From assembly GCA_009773375.1 (NCBI GenBank), contig WRPH01000002.1:34640-98639 (forward strand): a stretch of 64,000 bases of DNA. Direction: 5' to 3'. Shown here one piece after another: positions 19,332-29,636 of the stretch. The notes below the pieces were generated by a model. The model was not told the origin of the DNA and did not search any database. It saw only the letters and a list, made by a program, of their open reading frames with translations. How positions within the stretch are numbered: position 1 is the stretch's first letter; the number at the start of each line of letters is the position of its first letter. Position numbers and translations under genes: made by a program. The DNA comes from Paracoccaceae bacterium. Lineage in GTDB: Bacteria > Pseudomonadota > Alphaproteobacteria > Rhodobacterales > Rhodobacteraceae.

Positions 19332-19400
19332 CCTTGACCTCGCCTTCAGGTGTCGAGCCATGCCCATTGCTGTGAAGGTAATGCTTTGACCGGGTGCGGT

Positions 19401-20117
19401 TCAAGAACCGATCCCGCGTTGCTGCATTGCCGTTACCGCGTCGAGCATAGCCGAAGCGTCGGGCTGCGCTGCAATCTGGATCAACTCGGCGGGCAAATCG
19501 AACGCTTGCGCCACCGCAGGGCTGAGTGCCGCCAGCCAGAGCGGAGCGTGGCCGTTGATACGACGGATTTCTGCCACCAGAAGCCGCGCCGAACGGGGCG
19601 AGAAAACCGGCAGAATGACCGGGGTATCACCTTGCAGCAAAGCGATGGCTTCGGCGGTCAGGCTTTGCGGCTTCTGGCGGTAAACGATGACTGAAACAGT
19701 CTCTATACCGACAGAATTAAGGTCTTTTGTCAGATCACCGGCCGTATCTTCGGGGCGTAAAAGCAAAAGCCTGCCAGAAGTATGCCGGGCTTTGATCAGC
19801 GCCAGCAGCGCGCTTGCGTCACCTTCGGCAGACAGCGCCTGAAACCCCGCTGCGCGCGCGGCTTGTGTGGTGCGGTTGCCCACACAGTAAGCCAGATCGG
19901 GCAGCACGGCTCCGGTGGCGGAAATCCGCCGGGCGGCCTGAACGCCGGTCTCGGACGTCAGGATAACGGCGGCAAAATCGGTCTCGGGCAGGGCTGGGTC
20001 CAGAAACTCTGGCAGCATCAGCGGCGAGATCACCGCGCCGCCAACCTGATCCGCAAAGCGCAGGCTTTGCGCCAGCGGGCGCGTCAGCAGGATCGTGGGT
20101 TGGGATTGTCTGACCAT
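19401..20117 (-). CDS. hemD: Uroporphyrinogen-III synthase
   Basis: [34 protein letters not shown]. Confidence 0.88.
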   Translation of the reverse strand: MVRQSQPTILLTRPLAQSLRFADQVGGAVISPLMLPEFLDPALPETDFAAVILTSETGVQAARRISATGAVLPDLAYCVGNRTTQAARAAGFQALSAEGDASALLALIKARHTSGRLLLLRPEDTAGDLTKDLNSVGIETVSVIVYRQKPQSLTAEAIALLQGDTPVILPVFSPRSARLLVAEIRRINGHAPLWLAALSPAVAQAFDLPAELIQIAAQPDASAMLDAVTAMQQRGIGS

Positions 20118-20162
20118 GGCCTTGGTGTTACCTGCGTTCAGGCGGGCAATCAACGGCGGACC

Positions 20163-21260
20163 ATGACGCAGACGCTTACCTTTCTGGGCATTGAATCAAG
20201 CTGCGATGATACCGCTGCGGCGGTGATCCGGCACGCGCCGGGCGATGTGCCGCAGATTTTGGCGTCAGTGGTGGAAGGGCAGACAGCGCTGCATGCGGCT
20301 TTTGGCGGTGTGGTGCCTGAAATTGCCGCCCGCGCCCATGCCGAACGGCTGGATCATTGCGTGGAGCAAGCGCTGGTCGAAAGCGGGCTGGCGCTGCGCG
20401 ATCTGGACGGCATCGCGGTGACGGCGGGGCCGGGGCTGATCGGTGGCGTGCTGTCGGGGGTGATGCTGGCCAAGGGGTTGGCGGCGGCAACTGGGCTGCC
20501 GATGGTGGGGGTCAACCATCTGGCGGGCCACGCGCTGACGCCTCGGCTGACCGATCAACTGGCGTTTCCCTATCTGATGTTGTTGGTGTCTGGCGGGCAT
20601 TGTCAGTTTCTGATTGCCCATTCTGCCGAACGATTTCAACGGCTTGGCGGTACGATTGATGATGCGCCGGGCGAGGCGTTTGACAAGACCGCCAAGCTTT
20701 TGGGCTTGCCGCAACCCGGTGGGCCAGCGGTGCAGGCCGAGGCGGCCTTGGGCAATGCCAAGCGCTTTGCCTTTCCGCGCCCGCTGCTGGATCGGCCCGG
20801 CTGCGACATGTCGTTTTCCGGGCTGAAAACCGCGCTGCTGCGGGCGCGGGATGCGGTGATTGCCGAAAGGGGCGGGCTGACGGTGCAAGATCGCCGCGAT
20901 CTGTGCGCGGCGTTTCAGCTGGCGGTGGCCGAGGTTCTGGCCGAAAAAACCCGGCGGGCCCTGGCGATCTATCTGGAGCATGACCCGGCGCAACCCGCTT
21001 TGGCTGTGGCGGGTGGAGTGGCGGCAAATACGCTTATTCGGGCGATGTTAGAGACTGTTTGCGCCAAGGCTGGCGTGCGGTTTCTGGCACCGCCGCTGCG
21101 GCTTTGCACCGACAACGCGGCGATGATCGCCTGGGCCGGGATCGAGCGGTTTCGCGCGGGAATGGTAGATGACATGGCGCTTGCGGCGCGGCCGCGCTGG
21201 CCGTTGGATGCGACGGCGGCACCGATGATCGGGTCGGGCAAAAAGGGGGCCAAGGCATGA
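20163..21260 (+). CDS. tsaD: t6A37 threonylcarbamoyltransferase TsaD
   Basis: [61 protein letters not shown]. Confidence 0.97.
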   Translation: MTQTLTFLGIESSCDDTAAAVIRHAPGDVPQILASVVEGQTALHAAFGGVVPEIAARAHAERLDHCVEQALVESGLALRDLDGIAVTAGPGLIGGVLSGVMLAKGLAAATGLPMVGVNHLAGHALTPRLTDQLAFPYLMLLVSGGHCQFLIAHSAERFQRLGGTIDDAPGEAFDKTAKLLGLPQPGGPAVQAEAALGNAKRFAFPRPLLDRPGCDMSFSGLKTALLRARDAVIAERGGLTVQDRRDLCAAFQLAVAEVLAEKTRRALAIYLEHDPAQPALAVAGGVAANTLIRAMLETVCAKAGVRFLAPPLRLCTDNAAMIAWAGIERFRAGMVDDMALAARPRWPLDATAAPMIGSGKKGAKA

Positions 21261-22207
21261 TCGGGGTGATTGGCGCGGGGGCGTTTGGCACGGCGTTGGC
21301 GGTGGCGTTGGGGCGTGAAGGCCGGGCGGTGACGCTGTGGGCGCGCGATGCCGATCACGTCGCCGAAATGGTGCGAACGCGGGCAAATGAGGCGCGGTTG
21401 CCGGGGGTTGCACTGCCAAAAACAGTCTCTGTTACAGCGGAAATCGCAGATATGGCCGGGGCCGATGCGGTGCTGCTATCGCTGCCGATGCAGGCGCTGC
21501 GTGGGTTTCTGGCCGAACATCCCGGCCTGAACGGGCTGGCTTTGGTGGCTTGCTGCAAAGGCGTTGATCTGACCACGCTGAAAGGCCCGACCGCGCTGAT
21601 CGAGGCTGCCTGCCCGCAGTCGCCGTTTGCTGCGCTGACCGGACCCAGCTTTGCCGCCGATATTGCACGCGGCTTGCCGACGGCGCTGACGCTGGCTTCG
21701 TCCGATGGTGAGACGCTGCAACATCTGCTGTCGACTCCCAGCCTGCGTTTGTATCGCACGCAGGATGTGATCGGGGCGGAACTGGGCGGCGCGTTGAAAA
21801 ACGTCATCGCGATTGCTGCGGGAATTGTGATTGGTGCAGGCCTTGGCGATTCGGCCCGTGCGGCGCTGATGACGCGCGGCTATGCCGAAATGACCCGGCT
21901 GGCGCTGGGCCTTGGGGCAAAGACCGAAACGCTGGCGGGGTTGTCGGGGTTTGGCGATCTGGTGCTGACCTGCACCTCGGCGCAGTCGCGCAATTTTCGC
22001 TATGGCCAGGCGTTGGGGGCGGGGAAAGGCTTTGATCCGGGCGTGACTGTTGAGGGCGCGGCTACGGCAAAAGCAGTCTCTAACATGGCGAAAAGCTTGC
22101 AAATCGACATGCCGATTACCAACATGATTGCCGCGGTGATTGATCACCACATCACCTTGCCGCAGGCCATACAGGCGCTTCTTTCGCGGCCTTTGAAACA
22201 GGAGTAA
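21257..22207 (+). CDS. gpsA: NAD(P)H-dependent glycerol-3-phosphate dehydrogenase
   Basis: [41 protein letters not shown]. Confidence 0.96.
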   Translation: MIGVIGAGAFGTALAVALGREGRAVTLWARDADHVAEMVRTRANEARLPGVALPKTVSVTAEIADMAGADAVLLSLPMQALRGFLAEHPGLNGLALVACCKGVDLTTLKGPTALIEAACPQSPFAALTGPSFAADIARGLPTALTLASSDGETLQHLLSTPSLRLYRTQDVIGAELGGALKNVIAIAAGIVIGAGLGDSARAALMTRGYAEMTRLALGLGAKTETLAGLSGFGDLVLTCTSAQSRNFRYGQALGAGKGFDPGVTVEGAATAKAVSNMAKSLQIDMPITNMIAAVIDHHITLPQAIQALLSRPLKQE

Positions 22208-22210
22208 CCC

Positions 22211-22480
22211 ATGCGCGTCGCCCTTATCTGCATCGACAAACCCGGCCATCTGCAAACCCGGCTGGACAACCGCGCCGCGCATCTGGCGCATATTGAAGCC
22301 TCGGGCGTGGTGGAAATGGCTGGGCCGTTTCTGAATGACGGGCAGATGACCGGCAGTCTTGTGGTGCTGAACGTAGATACGCTGGAACAGGCGCAGGCAT
22401 GGGCGGCAGCGGACCCCTATGCCAAGGCGGGGCTGTTCGAAAGCGTAAGGATTACCGAGTGGAAAAAGGTCGTCGGATGA
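22211..22480 (+). CDS. YciI family protein
   Basis: DKPG...R..H, AGPFL, GSLVV, DPYAKAGLF. Confidence 0.9.
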   Translation: MRVALICIDKPGHLQTRLDNRAAHLAHIEASGVVEMAGPFLNDGQMTGSLVVLNVDTLEQAQAWAAADPYAKAGLFESVRITEWKKVVG

Positions 22481-22902
22481 ACTTCTGGCTGTTCAAATCC
22501 GAGCCTGACACCTGGGGTTGGGATGCCCAAGTTGCCAAGGGGGCCGTGGGTGAAGAATGGCATGGGGTGCGAAACTATCTGGCGCGCAACAATATGCGGG
22601 CGATGAAGCTTGGCGACCGTGGATTTTTCTATCATTCCAACATCGGTAAGGCGGTGGTGGGGATTGTCGAGGTTTGCCGCGAAAGCGCACCCGATAGCAC
22701 CACCGACGATCCGCGTTGGGATTGCGTTTGGATTCGTGCACTGCGGCCCTTGCCGCGACCGGTGACGCTGGAAACCTGCAAACATGCGCCGGGGTTGGAG
22801 AAGATGGCGCTAGTGACTTGCCCGCGGCTTTCGGTGCAGCCGGTTACGCCGGAAGAATGGCGAATTGTTTGCGCCTTGGGTGGGATAGCAGACGCCCCTT
22901 GA
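22477..22902 (+). CDS. EVE domain protein
   Basis: WLFKSEP, WHGVRNY.ARN, GDRGFFYHS, RLSVQPVT.EEW. Confidence 0.92.
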   Translation: MNFWLFKSEPDTWGWDAQVAKGAVGEEWHGVRNYLARNNMRAMKLGDRGFFYHSNIGKAVVGIVEVCRESAPDSTTDDPRWDCVWIRALRPLPRPVTLETCKHAPGLEKMALVTCPRLSVQPVTPEEWRIVCALGGIADAP

Positions 22903-23045
22903 GATTTGGAAACGGGGGGCCCCATACCCCTAAAGGACCCCCCATCCACCCCACGTGCTCCCTCAGCACCACACGTGTTCTGTAAAAAGGTCCCGGGCTC
23001 CTGCCCTGTAAGATCAAACTAGCCCGGCGGGTCGAGTCGCACAAA
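22903..23045 (+). ncRNA. Structured intergenic element, candidate 6S-like/small RNA (strand uncertain)
   Basis: Nested stems GGACC/GGTCC and CACGTG/CACGTG, GGGGCCC/GGGCTCC, and alternative hairpins CCGGGCT/AGCCCGG and G6/C6; about 140 nt with no credible ORF. Confidence 0.35.
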
Positions 23046-23088
23046 CGCCAAGCGTTGAAAAATTGACGCAAACCCAATCGGTCAAATG

Positions 23089-23116
23089 AAAAACGCCCGC
23101 CGGTCAAGGGCGGGCG
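23089..23116 (-). terminator. Intrinsic terminator of the DUF2853 gene
   Basis: CGCCCGCC/GGCGGGCG stem with adjacent A5 (U tract on minus strand). Confidence 0.7.
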
Positions 23117-23136
23117 CAGTTGGCGATATGGCGATC

Positions 23137-23481
23137 TTACTTATTATAGATCGCTTCTTTGCCGAAATGCTTGGTCAGCATGTAATAGACGACGGCGCGG
23201 TATTTGTTGCGCTCGGACCGGCCATAGGTGTCGATCACTGCATCAATGGCTTCCATCAGTGCCGGGCTGTCAGCGAGGCCGAGTTTCTTGATCAGGAAGT
23301 TGTTCTTCACGGTTTCCAGTTCGGACTTGTCCGACCCCGCAACGGTTTCGGAATCGGCGCTATAGATCGCCGGGCCACAGCCGATGGTGACCTTGGTCAG
23401 CAGGTCCATATCCGGGTTGATCTTGCACTTGTTCTTCAGATCGTCGGCATATTTGGCGATCAGATCGTCGCGTTTGCTCAT
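23137..23481 (-). CDS. DUF2853 family protein
   Basis: MSKRDDLIAKY..DL, GCGPAIYSADSETV, VKNNFLIKKLGL, KYRAVVYY. Confidence 0.85.
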   Translation of the reverse strand: MSKRDDLIAKYADDLKNKCKINPDMDLLTKVTIGCGPAIYSADSETVAGSDKSELETVKNNFLIKKLGLADSPALMEAIDAVIDTYGRSERNKYRAVVYYMLTKHFGKEAIYNK

Positions 23482-23635
23482 CTTGTTCATCCCCTCTGAG
23501 TTTTGGCTGAATAAATTGTCTGCCACGCAACGGCAGAGATGCGCGCAGCTTAGGGGATGGAATTTATCACTCAAAGGGAAATATCGCGGCAGGTTCCCCC
23601 TTGGGCGGATGCGTTCTGACGCAGTGCCACAAAGC

Positions 23636-23664
23636 AAAAGGCCCGAGGTTTCCCCCGGGCCTTT
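23636..23664 (-). terminator. Intrinsic terminator of ahcY
   Basis: AAAAGGCCCG...CGGGCCTTT hairpin just after the ahcY stop. Confidence 0.7.
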
Positions 23665-23682
23665 GCGGCGATTTCGCCGGGC

Positions 23683-25077
<1,395 letters not shown>

Positions 25078-25228
25078 ATGGTTTGCTCGTATCCTTACAA
25101 AATTGAATTGCGCATACCATCACAACGGCCTTCCGGCAATGGCAGAGCAAAAGCAGGGAATTTCGAAAGCCGCAACGGCTCGCTTTATCGGGGGGGGAAT
25201 GCTAAGCCGGGCCAAAGTGGAGGGGTGA

Positions 25229-26557
25229 ATGGGGAGTTGGTTGAAGAACCCGGCGCGGTTGGTGCCGTTGGCTTTTCTGCTGGTGATCCTGTTGGGAACC
25301 GCTGTTTTGATGCTGCCGATGGCGCGCAGCGGTCCGGGCCATGCGCCGCTGCTGACAGCCTTGTTCACCGCAACATCGGCGGTCGCCGTCACGGGTTTGG
25401 CGGTGGTGGACACCGCAGTTTACTGGACAAGATTTGGTCAGGCCGTGATCTACCTGCTGTTCCAGCTGGGCGGAGTTGGCATCATGACATCGGCAACGCT
25501 GCTGGTGCTTCTGGTGTCGCGCAGGCTTAGCCTTTCGCGGCAGATTGTTGTGACGACAGAAAGCCGTGGCATTGTATTTGGCGATGTGCGGGCGGTGTTG
25601 CGGCTGGCGTTGATGGTGATGGCGGTGGTGCAGGGCTTTGTCATGCTGGCGATGCTGCCACATTTTCTGAGCCTGGGTCTGCCCCCGACGGACGCGCTGT
25701 GGCATGCGACGTTCCATGCGGGCGCGGCTTTTACCAATGCCGGATTCTCGACCCTTCCCGGCGGGGTTGCGGCATTTGCCTCTTCTCCGGTGTTTCTGAT
25801 GGCGGTGATGGCGGCGGTCTTGGTTGGTGCGCTTGGGATACCGGTGTTTTATGACCTTTCGCGGGCACCGCGCCCGGATCGGCGGCTGTCGCTGCACAGC
25901 AAGCTGACGCTTGTTACCACGTTGGGGCTGTATCTGATCAGCTTCGTCACGACCTTGCTGTTTGAATGGTCGAACACCGATACGATTGGTGCGATGCCGG
26001 TGCTGGACCGGGTCCTCAACGCCGCCTACCACGGATTTATGTCGCGGTCCTGCGGCATGAACACGTTCGACATGGCGGCAATCAGTGAAGAAACCCTGCT
26101 GATAACCTATGGGATGATGCTGGTGGGCGGCGGCTCTGCCTCGACCGCGGGCGGGCTGAAGGTCACGACATTTGCGATCCTGCTGCTGGCTGTCTGGCAC
26201 GAGGTGCGCGGCAATGCTGATCTGACCGCTTTCGGACGGCGGATATCTCCTACCGTTTTGCGCGAGTCGCTGACGGTGTTGGTTTTGGCGCTTGGCCTGC
26301 TGGCGCTGGGTATCATGACTTTGCGGTTGGTGTCTGATTTGCCGCTGCGGCAGGTGGTGTTCGAGGCGATCTCGGCCTTTGCGAACGTGGGCCTTTCGAT
26401 GAACGCCACACCGCTGTTTCCGCCTGCCGGGCAAACCGTATTGATTGTCTTGATGTTTGTTGGCCGCGTTGGCACCATCACCTTGGCCACTGGCCTCGCC
26501 TTGCGCTCTCGCCGCGCCGATTTCCGTTATCCAGAGGAGCGTCCGATTGTTGGGTAA
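25229..26557 (+). CDS. TrkH/KtrB family potassium uptake membrane protein
   Basis: Four pore loops SAVAVTGL, AFTNAGF, SRSCGM, SAFANVGL; GGGSASTAGGLKVTT; MFVGRVG. Confidence 0.92.
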   Translation: MGSWLKNPARLVPLAFLLVILLGTAVLMLPMARSGPGHAPLLTALFTATSAVAVTGLAVVDTAVYWTRFGQAVIYLLFQLGGVGIMTSATLLVLLVSRRLSLSRQIVVTTESRGIVFGDVRAVLRLALMVMAVVQGFVMLAMLPHFLSLGLPPTDALWHATFHAGAAFTNAGFSTLPGGVAAFASSPVFLMAVMAAVLVGALGIPVFYDLSRAPRPDRRLSLHSKLTLVTTLGLYLISFVTTLLFEWSNTDTIGAMPVLDRVLNAAYHGFMSRSCGMNTFDMAAISEETLLITYGMMLVGGGSASTAGGLKVTTFAILLLAVWHEVRGNADLTAFGRRISPTVLRESLTVLVLALGLLALGIMTLRLVSDLPLRQVVFEAISAFANVGLSMNATPLFPPAGQTVLIVLMFVGRVGTITLATGLALRSRRADFRYPEERPIVG

Positions 26558-27221
26558 AAAAGTGATCCCGCAAAGCGATTCCGTCATTGTCGTCGGTTTG
26601 GGCCGATTTGGCCGGGCGGTGGCGCAGAGCCTGGCGCAGTTGGGTCACGAGGTGCTGGGGGTCGACGACCGGTCTGAGGTGGTGCAAGAGCTGTCTGGCG
26701 CGTTGACGCATGTTGTGCAGGCCAATTCCACATCGGTTGAAACCCTGCGGCAGCTGAGCGCGGGCGACTTCTCGCATGCGGTGGTGGCGATCGGGTCGGA
26801 TCTGGAGGCGTCTGTGCTGACCGTGCTGGCGCTTTCTGAACTGGGGGTGCCTGACATTTGGGCCAAGGCTGTCACGGAACGGCATGGCCGCATTCTGGAG
26901 CGGACCGGGGCGCATCATGTGGTTTACCCGGAAAAAACCATGGGCGAGCGTGTGGCGCATCTGGTCACCTCAAAGATCATTGATTTCATCGAATTTGACG
27001 ATGATTTCGCCATTGCCAAAACCCGCGCCCCTGCGGATGTGCAGAATAAGACACTGGCGGAAAGCGAATTGCGGCGGACCTACAATGTCACCATCGTCGG
27101 CATCAAACGCCCCGGCGAGGATTTTACCTATGGCCGCCCCGATACCATGGTGCGCCCCGGCGATCTGCTGATCGTCGCCGGCCCGACCCGCGAGGTAGAA
27201 GCCTTCGCGGGCAAGACATGA
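26550..27221 (+). CDS. TrkA/KtrA family RCK regulatory subunit
   Basis: VVGLGRFG, AVVAIGSD, HVVYPE, C-terminal RCK_C; TTG start overlapping the upstream stop (start could be GTG 26562). Confidence 0.9.
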   Translation: MGKKVIPQSDSVIVVGLGRFGRAVAQSLAQLGHEVLGVDDRSEVVQELSGALTHVVQANSTSVETLRQLSAGDFSHAVVAIGSDLEASVLTVLALSELGVPDIWAKAVTERHGRILERTGAHHVVYPEKTMGERVAHLVTSKIIDFIEFDDDFAIAKTRAPADVQNKTLAESELRRTYNVTIVGIKRPGEDFTYGRPDTMVRPGDLLIVAGPTREVEAFAGKT

Positions 27222-27811
27222 AGCCGCCGCGCGCCTGGCAGCGCATGCTTTCGGGCCGCAGGTTGGACCTGCTGGACCCGACGCCGATGGATATTGAAAT
27301 CGAAGACATCGCGCATGGGCTGGCTTTTGTGGCGCGCTGGAATGGCCAGACGCGGGGCGATTTTGCCTATTCAGTTGCAGAGCATTCGTTGCTGGTGGAG
27401 GAAATCTTTACCCGGCAGACTTGCGCGGATGCGAAGTGGCAGTTGGCGGCCTTGCTGCATGATGCGCCGGAATATGTGATTGGCGACATGATCAGCCCGG
27501 TGAAATCGGCAATTGGTGCCAGCTATGGCGAGTTGGATCAGCGGTTGACTGCAGCGGTGCATCTGCGCTTTGGCCTGCCTGCGGTTCTGCCGGTGGTGAT
27601 CAAGAAGGCGATCAAATCGGCGGATAAAATCTCGGCCTGGCTGGAGGCTGTGCAGATTGCCGGGTTTAGCGAGGCCGAGGCGAACAGGCTGTTTGGTCGC
27701 CCGGATTCGGTCTTGTTGCGCGGGCTGGAAATCAGGCTGCGGCCGCCGGCAGAGGTGCGGGCCGATTATGTGCTGCGGCATGGCACATTGCTGGCGCGAC
27801 TATCGGATTAA
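27218..27811 (+). CDS. HD-domain hydrolase (YfbR-like 5'-deoxynucleotidase family)
   Basis: RAWQRMLSGRRLDL, IAHGL..ARWNGQT, YSVAEHS, ALLHDAPEYVIGD. Confidence 0.88.
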   Translation: MKPPRAWQRMLSGRRLDLLDPTPMDIEIEDIAHGLAFVARWNGQTRGDFAYSVAEHSLLVEEIFTRQTCADAKWQLAALLHDAPEYVIGDMISPVKSAIGASYGELDQRLTAAVHLRFGLPAVLPVVIKKAIKSADKISAWLEAVQIAGFSEAEANRLFGRPDSVLLRGLEIRLRPPAEVRADYVLRHGTLLARLSD

Positions 27812-27898
27812 CGGCGGCTATCGGGGTCAATAATGCAGATCAACAATTGCGGTTAAGGCAATTTCTTGCAGGCCGATCTAAATCAGCCATGCAAGACA

Positions 27899-27924
27899 GA
27901 GGACCGTCTTTTCAGACGGCCCTC
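27899..27924. terminator. Hairpin terminator between convergent HD hydrolase and hvrA genes
   Basis: GAGGACCGTC-TTTTCA-GACGGCCCTC. Confidence 0.55.
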
Positions 27925-27930
27925 AATGGC

Positions 27931-28245
27931 TCAGATTAGCAGATCTTCCGGGGTTTGACCGGCAGCCAAAGCGGCGACAAACCAGCGCGGCTTGCGGCCA
28001 CGGCCCGACCAGGTATCAGAGGAATCAGCCGGGTTGGCATATTTGGCGCTTGCCGGTGCGCGCTTGCGCGTCACGGTAAGGCCGGTCAGTTCTGCAAGGC
28101 TAAAGCCTTTGGCGCGGGCGATTTCTTCAAGCTCTGCAAGGGCTTCCTTCCTTTTGCGATCTTCGAAAGATGCAATAGCCTTTGCGATTTGGGATTGAAG
28201 ATCCTTCAACTCTTTAAGCGACAGGCTGTTAATATCAATGGTCAC
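27931..28245 (-). CDS. hvrA: H-NS family nucleoid protein (HvrA/Spb type)
   Basis: LSLKEL..L, KYANP..TWSGRGRKPRW; immediately downstream of regA. Confidence 0.85.
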   Translation of the reverse strand: MTIDINSLSLKELKDLQSQIAKAIASFEDRKRKEALAELEEIARAKGFSLAELTGLTVTRKRAPASAKYANPADSSDTWSGRGRKPRWFVAALAAGQTPEDLLI

Positions 28246-28313
28246 GGAAGCATCCTTTCAGGATTTGCGTGCGGCCTTCTAGGCCGATTGCAAATCAGAA
28301 TCAAGAATGCTGA

Positions 28314-28868
28314 TTATTTTGGGCTGCGTTTCGCCAGAATACGTTGCAAGGTGCGGCGGTGCATCGACAAGCGGCGGGCGGTTTCTGAAACATTGCGGTC
28401 GCACATTTCATATACCCGCTGGATATGCTCCCAGCGCACCCGGTCGGCCGACATCGGGTTTTCCGGCGGCAAGGGCATTGCGGCCCCTTTCGCCAGCAAG
28501 GCATTTGTCACGTCATTGGCATCGGCGGGCTTGGACAGATAATCGGTTGCGCCGATTTTTACCGCAGCAACGGCAGTGGCAATCGCGCCGTAACCTGTCA
28601 GCACCACAATCCGGCAATCCGGGCGGCGTTCGCGCAGAGTTTCCACCACATCAAGGCCATTGCCGTCTTCCAGCCGCAGGTCGATCACGGCGTAGGCGGG
28701 CGGGCGTGCCATCGCAATCGCGCGCCCTGCCGCAACGCTGCCTGCCGTTTCAGGCAGAAAGCCGCGCTTTTCCATGGCTTTGGCCAGCCGTTTTACGAAA
28801 GCCTCATCATCATCCACCAAAAGCAGAGTCCGATCCGCCCCGAGTTCCGCGCCAAGCTCTTCCGCCAT
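28314..28868 (-). CDS. regA: Redox response regulator RegA/PrrA
   Basis: LLLVDDD, VIDLRLEDGNGL, LTGYGAIATAV, PPENPMSADRVRWEHIQRVYEMCDRNVSETARRL.MHRRTLQRILAKRSP. Confidence 0.97.
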   Translation of the reverse strand: MAEELGAELGADRTLLLVDDDEAFVKRLAKAMEKRGFLPETAGSVAAGRAIAMARPPAYAVIDLRLEDGNGLDVVETLRERRPDCRIVVLTGYGAIATAVAAVKIGATDYLSKPADANDVTNALLAKGAAMPLPPENPMSADRVRWEHIQRVYEMCDRNVSETARRLSMHRRTLQRILAKRSPK

Positions 28869-28934
28869 GAAATCCCTCGTTTTTCGCCTAATATGAACCT
28901 AGGCTGCATCTACCTTGGGGTCAAACCCAACCGC

Positions 28935-29555
28935 TCAACTCTTGTTAATAAAGCAAGCGACGCGGTCGGCCATTTGTTCGGGCGTGTCATCGCGGTTGAA
29001 GAAATCGGCAAACCCGGATCCCGGCAGCATCAGATAGGTAAAGGTCGAATGGTCCATCAGATAATACTGATCGCCGGTATCCTGCTTTTTGTAATAGGTC
29101 TTGTAAGCGCGCGAGGCGGCTTGCACCTGTTCCGGGGTGCCGGTCAGGCCGATCATTTTTTCATGCAGATTGTCGGTGAAATCGCGCAGGATTTCGGGCG
29201 TATCACGTTCAGGGTCGATCGAGATGAACACGGGTGCCACCTCGTAGCCCTTGGCAGTCAGTAGATCGATGGCCTCGGCATTGCGGGCATTATCCAGCGG
29301 GCAGACATCCGGGCAGAACGTATAGCCGAAATAGACCAGAGACGGCTTGGTCAGCACATCCTTGTCGGTGACGGTCTTGCCGGTTTCGTCGACCAGCGTG
29401 AACGGCCCGCCGATGTCGCCACCGCCACCCGCAACCACAGAACTGCGGCATTCGGCGAATTTATCATTGGCGCGCTGCATCTGGATATACCCAAGCGTGC
29501 CACCCAGAAGCGCCACAACGGCCACGCCTGACAGAACCGCATAAAGTTTCGACAT
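28935..29555 (-). CDS. senC: SCO family protein SenC/PrrC
   Basis: GGPFTLVD, YFGYTFCPDVCP (CxxxC), ISIDPERD, MDHS; between regB and regA. Confidence 0.93.
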   Translation of the reverse strand: MSKLYAVLSGVAVVALLGGTLGYIQMQRANDKFAECRSSVVAGGGGDIGGPFTLVDETGKTVTDKDVLTKPSLVYFGYTFCPDVCPLDNARNAEAIDLLTAKGYEVAPVFISIDPERDTPEILRDFTDNLHEKMIGLTGTPEQVQAASRAYKTYYKKQDTGDQYYLMDHSTFTYLMLPGSGFADFFNRDDTPEQMADRVACFINKS

Positions 29556-29636
29556 GCTCTTCTCCAGCTTTGTGCATTGATCCGCCAACACGCGCCCCCT
29601 ATCAATCGTAAACCCGACGCAAAGGCCAGAGCCCTG

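Noticed and set aside
29577-29605. TTGAT...ATCAA as an FNR/FnrL box in the senC-regB gap
   Set aside because: The spacer is 19 nt, not the required 4.
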